Of a stretch of 64,000 nt of DNA, positions 16,819 to 25,767 are shown piece after piece. The notes under the pieces were generated by a model that saw only the letters and a list, made by a program, of their open reading frames with translations, was not told where the DNA came from and did no database searches. How positions within the stretch are numbered: the first letter of the stretch is position 1; each line of letters begins with the position of its first letter. The stretch is from Candidatus Sulfotelmatobacter sp. (GTDB lineage Bacteria > Acidobacteriota > Terriglobia > Terriglobales > Acidobacteriaceae). The stretch spans positions 4,619 through 68,618 of the forward strand of contig DASYYT010000092.1 of the NCBI GenBank assembly GCA_035949755.1, written 5' to 3'. Both the position numbers and the translations under genes were made by a program.

Positions 16819-19260
16819 ATGCCCGAATTTTGCGACGTAGCTCTGGCCGTCCCACTGGACATGGCTTTTACCTACCGTGTACCGGTGGATGCCGCTCCCA
16901 TCGTAGGCGGGCGCGTCCTGGTGCCGTTCCGCCAACAGCGCATGACGGGTATCGTCGTCGAATTGCACGATCGCAAGCCTTCTGTCACCACGAAGAAAAT
17001 TCTCAGCGTACTCGACCCCACCCCGGTGCTGGACGAGCATCTTCTCCGTCTCGGCCGCTGGATCGCCGACTATTATCTTGCGCCCATCGGCGAAGTCTTC
17101 CGCACCATGCTGCCGCTGAACGCTGAGTTCAAGCGTGCCCTCGGTTACCGCATCACCGACAAAGGCCACATGACCCTGCATATGGCGGGCATGTCTGGTT
17201 CGTCTGTGCGATCGCAACGCACTCCCGATGACCAAGTCAGCGAATTTCGTGTTCTCGATTATCTGGCTGGGTCAGGCAGCGATCTCGTCCGCGAAGAGAC
17301 TCTTCGCTCCGCCGCGCGCGCTTCGAAGCCGGTTCTGGCTGGCATGGTACGCAAGAAATGGATCGTTCGAGAAGACGTTTCCGCACCGCAAGAAGCTACC
17401 CGCACAATCAAAGTGGCTCAACTGAAATCCGCCGAAGGCAAGCTCAATGATAATCAGCGAATCCTGATCGAAACCCTTGCGGCATCAGGCGGAAGAGCTC
17501 AAGTTAACGCGCTGCAGGCCCTCGATGTGCCCCGCACTACACTGAACACACTGGTCCGTCGCGGTCTGGTCGAGATCATCTCGGAGCGGGCCGAGTTCAC
17601 CGTCTCGCGCACCAAGCCGCGCCCCACACTTTTCGAGTTCGATTTAAACCCGGCCCAGCAATCCGCCCTCGCGAAACTGCGCGAAGCGGTTGCCGCATGC
17701 AAATTCTCGGGCATGTTGCTCCACGGCGTTACCGGCTCCGGGAAGACCGCAGTTTATCTAGCCGGCATGCGGTCGATCCTGGAAGCGGGCCGCTCCGCGA
17801 TCCTGCTGGTCCCCGAAATCGGCCTCACTCCCGCCGTCGCCGCCGATCTACACGAGATTTTCGGTGACGAAGTGGCTATCCTGCACTCCGCGCTCTCCGA
17901 TCGCGAGCGCGCCGAGCAATGGCACCGCATTAAGCGCGGCGAAGCCCGCATGGTCGTAGGCACGCGCTCCGCGGTTTTCGCACCGGTGGCCGATCTCGCC
18001 CTCATCATCGTCGACGAGGAACACGACTCTTCCTACAAGCAGGAAGAAACGCCGCGCTATCATGCCCGCGACGTTGCGGTCATGCGCGCCAAAATGACGA
18101 ATGCCGTCGTTGTGTTAGGCTCAGCCACTCCGTCGCTCGAGTCGTACTTCAACGCAAAAAAGAATAAGTACTCTCTTATCGAACTTCCCGATCGCGTCGA
18201 GCGCCGTCCTCTGCCCGAGGTCGAGATCGTTGACATGCGCCTGGAATTCCAGGAAACCGGTCACGAGCAAGTCATCTCCCGCAAACTCGCGGCCGAGATC
18301 AAAGATCGGCTGGAACGCCGCGAGCAGGTGATGGTCCTGCTGAACCGCCGTGGATATTCGCCGGTGGTTCTATGCCGTACCTGCGGCAAGAAGCTCGAAT
18401 GCCAGAACTGCGCCATCGCGCTCACGCATCACAAGCGCGAACACAAAATGGTCTGCCACTACTGCGGCTTCACCGCAGCGGTGCCCAAAGCCTGCGTGCA
18501 CTGCGGCAGCGAGTACGTGTATTTTCTCGGCACCGGATCAGAAAAGCTGGAAGAATTGCTGCATGGTATCTTCCCGGAAGCCCGCATCGCTCGTCTTGAT
18601 CGTGACATGGTCCGCAGTCATGAAGATTTCGAGCGCACGCTCAGTGCGCTCAATGAAGGCGAACTCGACATTCTGGTCGGCACCCAGATGATCGCCAAAG
18701 GGCACGACATCCACGGTGTAACGCTGGTGGGTGTAGTGGGAGCCGACGTGGCTCTCGGGCTGCCCGACTTCCGCGCCGCCGAGCGCACTTTCCAGTTACT
18801 CACGCAAGTGGCCGGACGCGCCGGACGCGGGCAGTCCCCCGGCAAGGTGATTCTCCAAACTCATTTTCAGGACCATTACGCAGTGCAGTATGCGGCCCGC
18901 CATGACTTCATCGGTTTCTATGAAAAAGAACTGCAATTCCGCAGCTGGATGCACTACCCGCCCTACTCCGCGCTCGCCAACGTGCTGGTTCGCAGCGACA
19001 ACCTTGACGATGCCCTGCAGTGGTCGGGAACTCTGGGCAAGTGGTTCGATGCCACTCGGCATGAAGGCGTGCGTGTTCTAGGCCCGGCAGCTGCGCCCAT
19101 CATGCGGCTGAAGCGTGACTATCGCTACCATTTCGTTCTGAGATCGCCCAGCCGCCAACAGCTCAACACTACGCTGCGGGCGATGCTGGCCTTCGCTTCA
19201 GAAAAAAGGATCCCAGGCACCCGGCTGATTGTGGATGTGGACGCTCTGTGGTTGATGTGA
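16819..19260 (+). CDS. priA: Primosomal replication restart helicase PriA
   Basis: Walker A GVTGSGKT, DEEH box and a Zn-binding cysteine cluster (CRTCGKKLECQNC, CHYCG, CVHCGS). 813 aa. Confidence 0.92.
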   Translation: MPEFCDVALAVPLDMAFTYRVPVDAAPIVGGRVLVPFRQQRMTGIVVELHDRKPSVTTKKILSVLDPTPVLDEHLLRLGRWIADYYLAPIGEVFRTMLPLNAEFKRALGYRITDKGHMTLHMAGMSGSSVRSQRTPDDQVSEFRVLDYLAGSGSDLVREETLRSAARASKPVLAGMVRKKWIVREDVSAPQEATRTIKVAQLKSAEGKLNDNQRILIETLAASGGRAQVNALQALDVPRTTLNTLVRRGLVEIISERAEFTVSRTKPRPTLFEFDLNPAQQSALAKLREAVAACKFSGMLLHGVTGSGKTAVYLAGMRSILEAGRSAILLVPEIGLTPAVAADLHEIFGDEVAILHSALSDRERAEQWHRIKRGEARMVVGTRSAVFAPVADLALIIVDEEHDSSYKQEETPRYHARDVAVMRAKMTNAVVVLGSATPSLESYFNAKKNKYSLIELPDRVERRPLPEVEIVDMRLEFQETGHEQVISRKLAAEIKDRLERREQVMVLLNRRGYSPVVLCRTCGKKLECQNCAIALTHHKREHKMVCHYCGFTAAVPKACVHCGSEYVYFLGTGSEKLEELLHGIFPEARIARLDRDMVRSHEDFERTLSALNEGELDILVGTQMIAKGHDIHGVTLVGVVGADVALGLPDFRAAERTFQLLTQVAGRAGRGQSPGKVILQTHFQDHYAVQYAARHDFIGFYEKELQFRSWMHYPPYSALANVLVRSDNLDDALQWSGTLGKWFDATRHEGVRVLGPAAAPIMRLKRDYRYHFVLRSPSRQQLNTTLRAMLAFASEKRIPGTRLIVDVDALWLM

Positions 19261-19359
19261 CAACGGCGGGGGGCGAGGGTTCGCGCTTTGTGAATTCCTC
19301 GAATCCTGAATTGTAAAGAAGTTTTTCCAGCGGACGGCCTACTCGGCTCGCGTTTGCAC

Positions 19360-20355
19360 TTAGTTCTGGAAGGGAGAGATGGTTAAGGTGAGCACCAGGA
19401 TGATCATCGCCAGCAGCGCCCAAATCCAGCGAGTGCGGGGAAGCATCGGATATTCCGGCGCCTGCTGCTGACGAAAACCCAGGACGTTCATTACGATCAC
19501 GACGGCAGCCCAGAACCAGCAGGCGGGATTCACCCGGCCCAGGAAAAGCAGTCCCGCGGCCGTAATCCATGAAATAGCTCGGTGCGCTCGCGGAAATACC
19601 GCGTAAACAATGTGGCCGCCGTCCAGTTGTCCGCTGGGGAGCAAATTGAGGGCGGTTGCATACATCCCCACCCAAGCCGCGATGGCAGCGGGGTGAAACA
19701 GAATCCTTCCAAAGGGCAACCCCGCCACGGCTGAGTGCTGCCCCATAGCCGACAAAATCCGCCGCGCCGCATGAAAGACGAGCGGAAACCCAATCGGGAG
19801 ATCCTCGGGGCCAATTCCGTGGATCGCCGGCTTCGACCAGGCGAAAGAAATCAGCAGCGCTCCAAACGCAACCACGAACCCGGCAATTGGCCCCGCAATC
19901 CCAACGTCGAACAATGCCGCCCGGGAGCGAATGCGGGAACGGATCAGGATGACCGCTCCCATGGTTCCGATCGGCGTGGGTGCCGGAATGAAGAAGGGAA
20001 GGGTGGCCCTGATCCCGTAATAGCGGCAGTACAAGTAATGCCCCATTTCGTGAGCAAGAAAGAAGAGCATGACTGTAAATGCAAATGGCCAGCCGGCCCA
20101 AAATCGGGCCGGATGTGTAAGCAGCCAGCTTGCGGGAAAGTAGGGAATCGACGCATCAGCCAAAGAAAGGGCGGGCCGGTTGTGCTCGAAGTTGTACTGC
20201 ATCCGTGCGCCCATGACGAATGTGGTGAAGCAGGTCAAGGCCAGCAGCAGCGCGTGCAGCCAGTAACGAGGTCGCGGCGGTCTCCATTGCGGCGCCGGCA
20301 ACGGCTGGTAGTACTCAAGCGTGGAAGTGGGGATCGGGGAATTAGGTTCCGACAT
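19360..20355 (-). CDS. M50-family site-2 metalloprotease
   Basis: HEMGHY zinc motif within a polytopic membrane protein. 331 aa. Confidence 0.75.
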   Translation of the reverse strand: MSEPNSPIPTSTLEYYQPLPAPQWRPPRPRYWLHALLLALTCFTTFVMGARMQYNFEHNRPALSLADASIPYFPASWLLTHPARFWAGWPFAFTVMLFFLAHEMGHYLYCRYYGIRATLPFFIPAPTPIGTMGAVILIRSRIRSRAALFDVGIAGPIAGFVVAFGALLISFAWSKPAIHGIGPEDLPIGFPLVFHAARRILSAMGQHSAVAGLPFGRILFHPAAIAAWVGMYATALNLLPSGQLDGGHIVYAVFPRAHRAISWITAAGLLFLGRVNPACWFWAAVVIVMNVLGFRQQQAPEYPMLPRTRWIWALLAMIILVLTLTISPFQN

Positions 20356-20461
20356 GCATCTGTTCAGTCCGAGCAGCAGTCTGGGGCTGTGCTTTGATGC
20401 TACTACGAGCGGGAAAAATGCGCGGGCCTGCGGCTGAGCTCAAGAATTCGAAAGGGGGAAA

Positions 20462-20731
20462 TCAATCGATCGACTGCAGTTCTTTGCCCGGTTTGAAGCG
20501 CACCGCTCTTCCGGGCGGAATGGAGACCTCAGCCCCGGTTCGCGGATTGCGCCCGATACCCGTCTTTCGCGGCCTCACGTTAAACACACCAAATCCCCGC
20601 AATTCAATGCGATTGCCCGCGGCCAGCGCCTTCTTCATGCTTTCGAAGACGGTTTCCACCGCCAACTCGGCCTTGGTCTTGGTGATACCAGTCTTGGCCA
20701 CCACTTCGTTGATGATGTCGAGCTTGATCAC
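20462..20731 (-). CDS. HU/IHF-family DNA-binding protein
   Basis: 89 aa with the beta-arm motif RGFGVFNVRPRKTGIGRNPRTGAEVSIP. GTG start with SD ggggag. Confidence 0.85.
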   Translation of the reverse strand: MIKLDIINEVVAKTGITKTKAELAVETVFESMKKALAAGNRIELRGFGVFNVRPRKTGIGRNPRTGAEVSIPPGRAVRFKPGKELQSID

Positions 20732-20847
20732 AAGGGGCTCCCCATACGAGCGTAAAGATGTTGCTTCAAGTGATTGATGCTAAGGAAGATAAGTAAGATT
20801 GTCAACCGGAGCACCTATCCCGTAAACTGACAGGCACACCAGCCAAA

Positions 20848-20963
20848 GGATTGAGTAATTGGGTAATCGGGGAATTGAGTAATTTTTCGTGTGCGGCCCA
20901 CTGCGTGCACGCCCGAGATTTTTCAATTACTCAATTACAAAATTATCCAATCACTCAATTTCC
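20848..20963. repeat. Imperfect inverted repeat built from words (TGAGTAAT / ATTACTCA) around a GC-rich palindromic core
   Basis: The left arm is ggattgagtaattgggtaatcggggaattgagtaattttt. The core is cgtgtgcggcccactGCGTGCACGCccgag, which contains a 10-bp perfect palindrome. The right arm is gatttttcaattactcaattacaaaattatccaatcactcaatttcc. It ends 1 nt before the dcd SD. Confidence 0.75.
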
Positions 20964-20974
20964 CAAGGAGTTCC

Positions 20975-21526
20975 ATGCTCAAGAGCGACCGCTGGATCCG
21001 CAAGATGTCTAAAGAACACGACATGATCAATCCCTTCTCCGAAAAGCAGGTGCGCGAGGGCGTGATCTCCTACGGCTTGTCATCGTATGGGTATGATCTG
21101 CGCGTGGCTGACGAGTTCAAAATCTTTACCAACGTCAATAACGCGCTGGTCGATCCCAAGCATTTCGACGAGAGATCGTTCGTCAACGTAACTACCGACA
21201 TCTGCATCGTCCCGCCCAATTCGTTTGCCCTGGCGCGCTCGGTGGAATATTTCAAGATTCCGCGCAGCGTGCTCACCATCTGCGTGGGCAAGAGCACCTA
21301 TGCCCGCTGCGGAATCATCGTCAACGTCACACCCTTCGAGCCGGAATGGGAAGGTTTCGTCACGCTCGAGATCTCCAACACTACGCCGCTGCCGGCGCGC
21401 ATCTACGCCAACGAAGGCCTCTGCCAGATCATCTTCTTTGAGTCCGACGAGATCTGCGAAACCAGCTACGCCGATCGAAAAGGTAAATACCAGGCGCAGA
21501 AAGGAATCGTTCTGCCGAAACTCTAG
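20975..21526 (+). CDS. dcd: dCTP deaminase
   Basis: ATG 20975 with SD aaggag. Motifs [18 protein letters not shown] and [17 protein letters not shown]. Confidence 0.9.
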   Translation: MLKSDRWIRKMSKEHDMINPFSEKQVREGVISYGLSSYGYDLRVADEFKIFTNVNNALVDPKHFDERSFVNVTTDICIVPPNSFALARSVEYFKIPRSVLTICVGKSTYARCGIIVNVTPFEPEWEGFVTLEISNTTPLPARIYANEGLCQIIFFESDEICETSYADRKGKYQAQKGIVLPKL

Positions 21527-21625
21527 GGCTTAATCCCGCCTATTTCTTATACGGTGTACTACCTACATGATTCCCCGTATTGGCCGGGTCGCTCCGAGCC
21601 GCTATCGTTCGGGCAAGCGGGGAGC

Positions 21626-23101
21626 ATGGGTACGTTTGCGGAAACCCAGCCTGCCGGTTCCCAAATGGGTTTCACTAACGACACAGTCATCGCCCGCGAA
21701 GGTTCCGGAATTTCCCTGGACTTGACTGTCGCGAGTCCCGGCGGTGCCTGCCGCCACGATGTTCAATTCTATTTTGACGACCGATTCCTGGTTCGCTCTC
21801 TGGCGAGCTTCGTGGCAAAAGCCCTCGACGCCGGCGGGTCGGCGATCGTGGTTGCGACTAAATCCCATCGCGACGGCATTATCAAAGAACTTGAGCACAT
21901 CGCAGTCGACTTGAGTGCTGCGGTCCAGCAGGGCCGTTACCTGGCGCTGGATGCCGCCGATACTCTTGCCCAGTTCACGGTTAACAGCGCGCCTGAGGAA
22001 ACTCGGTTTCGCGAAGTGATCGGCAATGTCATCTCCTGCGCTAAGGCTGCCGCTTCGGAAAACAATGCGAAAGTCGTCATCTTCGGAGAAATGGTAACCC
22101 TGCTATGGCAGCGCGGAGAGGCCCAGGCTGCTCTTCGCCTCGAACAGTTCTGGAATCGGCTTTCCAAACTCTACTCCTTTCACTTGCGCTGCGGCTATCC
22201 CATTGCCGGGTTTGACCGCGGAGTTCACGGCGAGCTGTTTTCGCAGATCTGCAGCGAACATCAGCATGTGATTCCTGCCGAAGGTTACAGCGACATCTCG
22301 GACGAGAATGAACGCCTGCGCGCTGTCGCCCGGCTTCAGTACACGGAGCAGGTTCTGAAAACCGAGGCCCAGGAACGCCGCAAGGCTGAAGCCCAGGCTC
22401 TGAAAATCCAGAGCCATAATGAAAAGCTGCTGCACGAGATTCGGCAGCGTGAAGCGGCCGAAGACGGACTGCGGCGTTTCACCCGGCGCCTGCTCACAGC
22501 GCGTGACGAAGAACAGCGCCGCATCGCCTCCGAGTTGCACGAAAACACCGCGCAACTGCTCTCCGCTCTGTCCTTGTATTTTGGCGTGCTGGACGAAGAG
22601 AAGGACGCACTGACCCCGCGCCTGGCCAGCGTGGTCGCCAGCAGTCGCTCGGTTTCCGACAGCCTGCTGAACGAGATCCGCAAGCTCTCTCATTTGCTCC
22701 ATCCCCCGACGCTGGATGACATGGGAATTGGTTCTGCCCTGCGGGAATATGTCGAACAGTTCCAGGCCACTCACGGAACCAGAGTCGAGTTGGAAATCTC
22801 CGATCACCTCGGCAGGTTCGGCCGGAATCTGGAGATTGCCGTCTTTCGCATTGTTGAGGAGGCTCTGTCCAACCTCTATCCGAACTCCGAGAACTCCCTC
22901 GTCGTAGTTCGTCTTGCCCGATTGCCCGACGCGCTGACGCTCGAAGTTCAAACTCTAGGGGATTCGGCTACGGAGACCACGGTCAGGGTTGAAACCAGGA
23001 TTATGGGAATTCACGCCCGCGTCATGGAGCACGGTGGAACCGTGCAATTCACCTCGAGTCCTTCCGGAACGTTGATTTCCGTGAAGCTGCCGCTGACTTA
23101 A
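21626..23101 (+). CDS. Sensor histidine kinase with N-terminal MEDS-like domain (HisKA_3 + HATPase_c)
   Basis: The HDVQFYFDDRFLVRSLASFVAKALDAGGSAIVV segment resembles a MEDS domain. A coiled coil follows, then the H-box RRIASELHENTAQLL and a C-terminal ATPase. The start is uncertain (21554 GTG, 21626 or 21665). Confidence 0.65.
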   Translation: MGTFAETQPAGSQMGFTNDTVIAREGSGISLDLTVASPGGACRHDVQFYFDDRFLVRSLASFVAKALDAGGSAIVVATKSHRDGIIKELEHIAVDLSAAVQQGRYLALDAADTLAQFTVNSAPEETRFREVIGNVISCAKAAASENNAKVVIFGEMVTLLWQRGEAQAALRLEQFWNRLSKLYSFHLRCGYPIAGFDRGVHGELFSQICSEHQHVIPAEGYSDISDENERLRAVARLQYTEQVLKTEAQERRKAEAQALKIQSHNEKLLHEIRQREAAEDGLRRFTRRLLTARDEEQRRIASELHENTAQLLSALSLYFGVLDEEKDALTPRLASVVASSRSVSDSLLNEIRKLSHLLHPPTLDDMGIGSALREYVEQFQATHGTRVELEISDHLGRFGRNLEIAVFRIVEEALSNLYPNSENSLVVVRLARLPDALTLEVQTLGDSATETTVRVETRIMGIHARVMEHGGTVQFTSSPSGTLISVKLPLT

Positions 23102-23115
23102 AGGACCGACGTTTC

Positions 23116-24969
23116 TCAACCCGCAATGGCCCTCTCGACGATCCGCAGGTAGGTCGAATATCCCTCCTCCTGAATCGCGGTGAAGGGCAGCATCTTCAGC
23201 CTTCCTGCAGAGGTCTCAGTTTCCCAGCTGCGGTTCCCGGCTCTCTTCACCGCCAGCAATTGCGCCCGGGTTGCCGCCGGTTCGGAATCCGTGATCGCAA
23301 ACAGCACTAGGGGCCCGACCAGCAGCGCGACGGTATCGGTGTGCTGCGGATCAAATGTCTCCAGCCGTGGTGTGGCCGGCAATTCGACCTCAACCCGGTC
23401 TCCACTGCTCCACTGCCGGTCGAGGCGCGCGAATGTTCCTGCTTCCGCAGCCTGCCTGTTTCCGTTCACCGCGATTGAAGCCTTCTCCGCCCACGCCGGA
23501 ATCAGCAGATTCACCGCAAACTCCACCGGCTTTGACAAGTTCAGCTCAAATTCCACATGGGAATCGAAGGGATATTCCGTCTTCTGTGTCAGAGCGACGT
23601 CCGCTCCACTCTGTTTCCACCGCACCGTCGAAGGAATATAGAGGTTCACGAACACTCCACGCTCATCGCGGAGGTACATGTTGATGCGATAGTCCGTCGC
23701 CACCTGTGGCAGCGTTCCCGAGCAGCAAGGCCACCGGTCGCTGTGGTAGACCTTTCGTCCCTTGAAGTTGTAGTCCGAGTAGTAGTACGCGCGGCCATCG
23801 GCCTGCAGTGGCAAAGCTCCCAGCACGGTGTTGTACATCACCCGTTCCATGCTGTCGCCGTAGCGCGAATCGCGCGTCACTCGCAGAAGATAGCGCGTCA
23901 GCTTGAAGTGCGCGTACGAGCCGCAGGGAGTTTCAAAGCTGGAGTGCGTTTTAGTCAGACTGTCGTATACGGCTGCGCTGCCGGGGGCGTGAAGTGTCTC
24001 GTCGGGTCCCCATCCGCCGGTGGCAAAGCTCTGCGCCCGGATCATGTCAAAACCGTTTTTCGCGGCTCGCAGGTGCTTTTCGCTTCCAAGCGTCAGATAG
24101 GCCTGCATCGCCGAGCACAGCGAATTCACGTGGCTGTAGGCGTGCCGTCCTTCCAGGTTGCTATGGCCCTCCGCCAGCGGATCGTAGTACACATCGTCAA
24201 GGTATTGCTGACCCAGAGCGCGATAGCGATCTCCTGCTCCCCGTTGGTAAGCCAGAAACAGGTTCTCGGACATGGTGTACGACTCGTCCCACGTGTACGA
24301 AGGATCTGGGTTTGACCGCCATCTCACCCCGTGCTCTACAGCTTTCTTCGGCAGATGTGGCAAGGCCGTTTTGGTGGTTTCGTCCAAAATCGCAAAGGCA
24401 TCAGGATCACCCGCAAACTGGTGCGAATCGATCAGACCGCAAACGATTTTGTCGTAGGTATAGGCAGGGAAGCGAGTGTTTTCGTAGAAATCGCCGCCAA
24501 TCGTCTTGGCGTACAGGCGATTCAGCCGCAGCACCTTTTCGCGCGTCTCCGGTGATCGGTTGATGGCATACGACCGCGCCAATGCTGAAACCCACTGTCC
24601 GAACGTACATCCGGGGGCAAAGCCGATCTGGAAAAGATGATCCTGATTGTGGGGATCGAACTGATACCAGCCTCCCAGATCGTCGCCTGGCGCGGGCTGC
24701 CCGACCATCTGCCGAAAAGGCTTCAGCAGGCTGTTCTCGTCCAGTCCCATCAGCAGCGTGTGCGTCTGCTGCAGTTGCTGCTCGTGGATCGGGCTGTCCA
24801 GGGACACATCTCCGTACTCAAATTGCTGGAGAGGCGCCGCATGCATGCTCCCATCGGCCGCAGCCAACTGCCGCCGTGAGGCTCGTAACTGGGGAATGCA
24901 GCCCGCCACGGATGCCAGCGCAGCCGACTGCAAAAAAATCCTGCGCGAAACTCTGGAAGACGAAGACAT
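23116..24969 (-). CDS. GH127/DUF1680-family glycoside hydrolase (beta-L-arabinofuranosidase-like), Tat-type signal
   Basis: The twin-arginine-like leader is SRRIFLQSAALASVAG. MERVMYNTVLGA and the RWPCCSGT cysteine cluster are typical of the family. I chose ATG 24969. Confidence 0.7.
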   Translation of the reverse strand: MSSSSRVSRRIFLQSAALASVAGCIPQLRASRRQLAAADGSMHAAPLQQFEYGDVSLDSPIHEQQLQQTHTLLMGLDENSLLKPFRQMVGQPAPGDDLGGWYQFDPHNQDHLFQIGFAPGCTFGQWVSALARSYAINRSPETREKVLRLNRLYAKTIGGDFYENTRFPAYTYDKIVCGLIDSHQFAGDPDAFAILDETTKTALPHLPKKAVEHGVRWRSNPDPSYTWDESYTMSENLFLAYQRGAGDRYRALGQQYLDDVYYDPLAEGHSNLEGRHAYSHVNSLCSAMQAYLTLGSEKHLRAAKNGFDMIRAQSFATGGWGPDETLHAPGSAAVYDSLTKTHSSFETPCGSYAHFKLTRYLLRVTRDSRYGDSMERVMYNTVLGALPLQADGRAYYYSDYNFKGRKVYHSDRWPCCSGTLPQVATDYRINMYLRDERGVFVNLYIPSTVRWKQSGADVALTQKTEYPFDSHVEFELNLSKPVEFAVNLLIPAWAEKASIAVNGNRQAAEAGTFARLDRQWSSGDRVEVELPATPRLETFDPQHTDTVALLVGPLVLFAITDSEPAATRAQLLAVKRAGNRSWETETSAGRLKMLPFTAIQEEGYSTYLRIVERAIAG

Positions 24970-25051
24970 AGCCGCCACCAGGAAATAAATCTCCAAAAGC
25001 AGATGGAGACAGTCTACGCCGGCAGACGTACCGACGGGAAAGGTGCAGCAA

Positions 25052-25105
25052 GGATGGAAGATCTGGAAGACTTGAAACTTTGAAACCCTGAAACCTTTGA
25101 GACTT
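25052..25105. repeat. One-armed array of 8-nt words (CTTGAAAC type)
   Basis: Sequence ggatggaagatctggaagacttgaaactttgaaaccctgaaacctttgagacttc. It contains the same 14-mer tgaaactttgaaac as the rpoN leader element. Confidence 0.6.
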
Positions 25106-25588
25106 CTACTTTTCGCCTTCCTTAAACATGTACTTGATCGCCGGCTTATAAATCATTAGGTTCGGCTCCCCACCATCGCGGTTCACCTTGATGCAGTTCC
25201 GGTCATACCATTCGATGATCCCGCGAATCTCTTCGCCATCGCGCAGCACGATCACCATTGGGGTACGCGACTGCATCTGCTTCTGGTAATAGAAATTCTC
25301 GGCGTTGGTCTGTTCCGGAGGAGCAAGCTTCTTTCCTCCGCCTCCCAGCGAACGCTCGCCGCGGTCACCCCGCTCGCCGCGGTCCATCCGATCCATCCGT
25401 TCTTGGCGTTCGGGCCGGTCATGCCGGTCGGAACGCTCGCGCCGCTCCTGAACCTGCATGGGCGCTGGATTATGATTGCCGTGATTCTCCGTGCGCGGCA
25501 GGGTGGGCCGGATCAGTTTCCGGTTGCCAAAGTTCTCCCTCTCGACGGATTCACCGTTCGCTACGGGATCCATAATGATTTCCTTCAT
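25106..25588 (-). CDS. Hfq-like (Sm-fold) protein with long Arg/Asp/Glu-rich N-terminal extension
   Basis: The C-terminal region [28 protein letters not shown]...[12 protein letters not shown] matches the Sm1 and Sm2 (YKHAI-like) patterns of Hfq. The N-terminal segment [33 protein letters not shown] is low complexity. The start is 25588 or 25573. Confidence 0.55.
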   Translation of the reverse strand: MKEIIMDPVANGESVERENFGNRKLIRPTLPRTENHGNHNPAPMQVQERRERSDRHDRPERQERMDRMDRGERGDRGERSLGGGGKKLAPPEQTNAENFYYQKQMQSRTPMVIVLRDGEEIRGIIEWYDRNCIKVNRDGGEPNLMIYKPAIKYMFKEGEK

Positions 25589-25767
25589 TGTGGCGCTACC
25601 TTGGATACACGCATTCGTACTACTGGGACCCGATGAGCACAATTCAACGAAGGCGTGAAATTTAGCCTTACCGTAACACAGGAATCTTTCCCTGACAATC
25701 ACCCCTTAGTGCCATGCGCCCACTATGCCAATTCTTGCACACTCCCTAGAATATCGATTCTCTAACA

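Noticed and set aside
25715-25730. Sigma-54-like element TGGCATagtggGCGCA upstream of the hfq-like gene.
   Set aside because: The GG-N10-GC spacing fits, but the -12 region (GCGCA) is poor. Such partial matches are expected by chance in GC-rich DNA.
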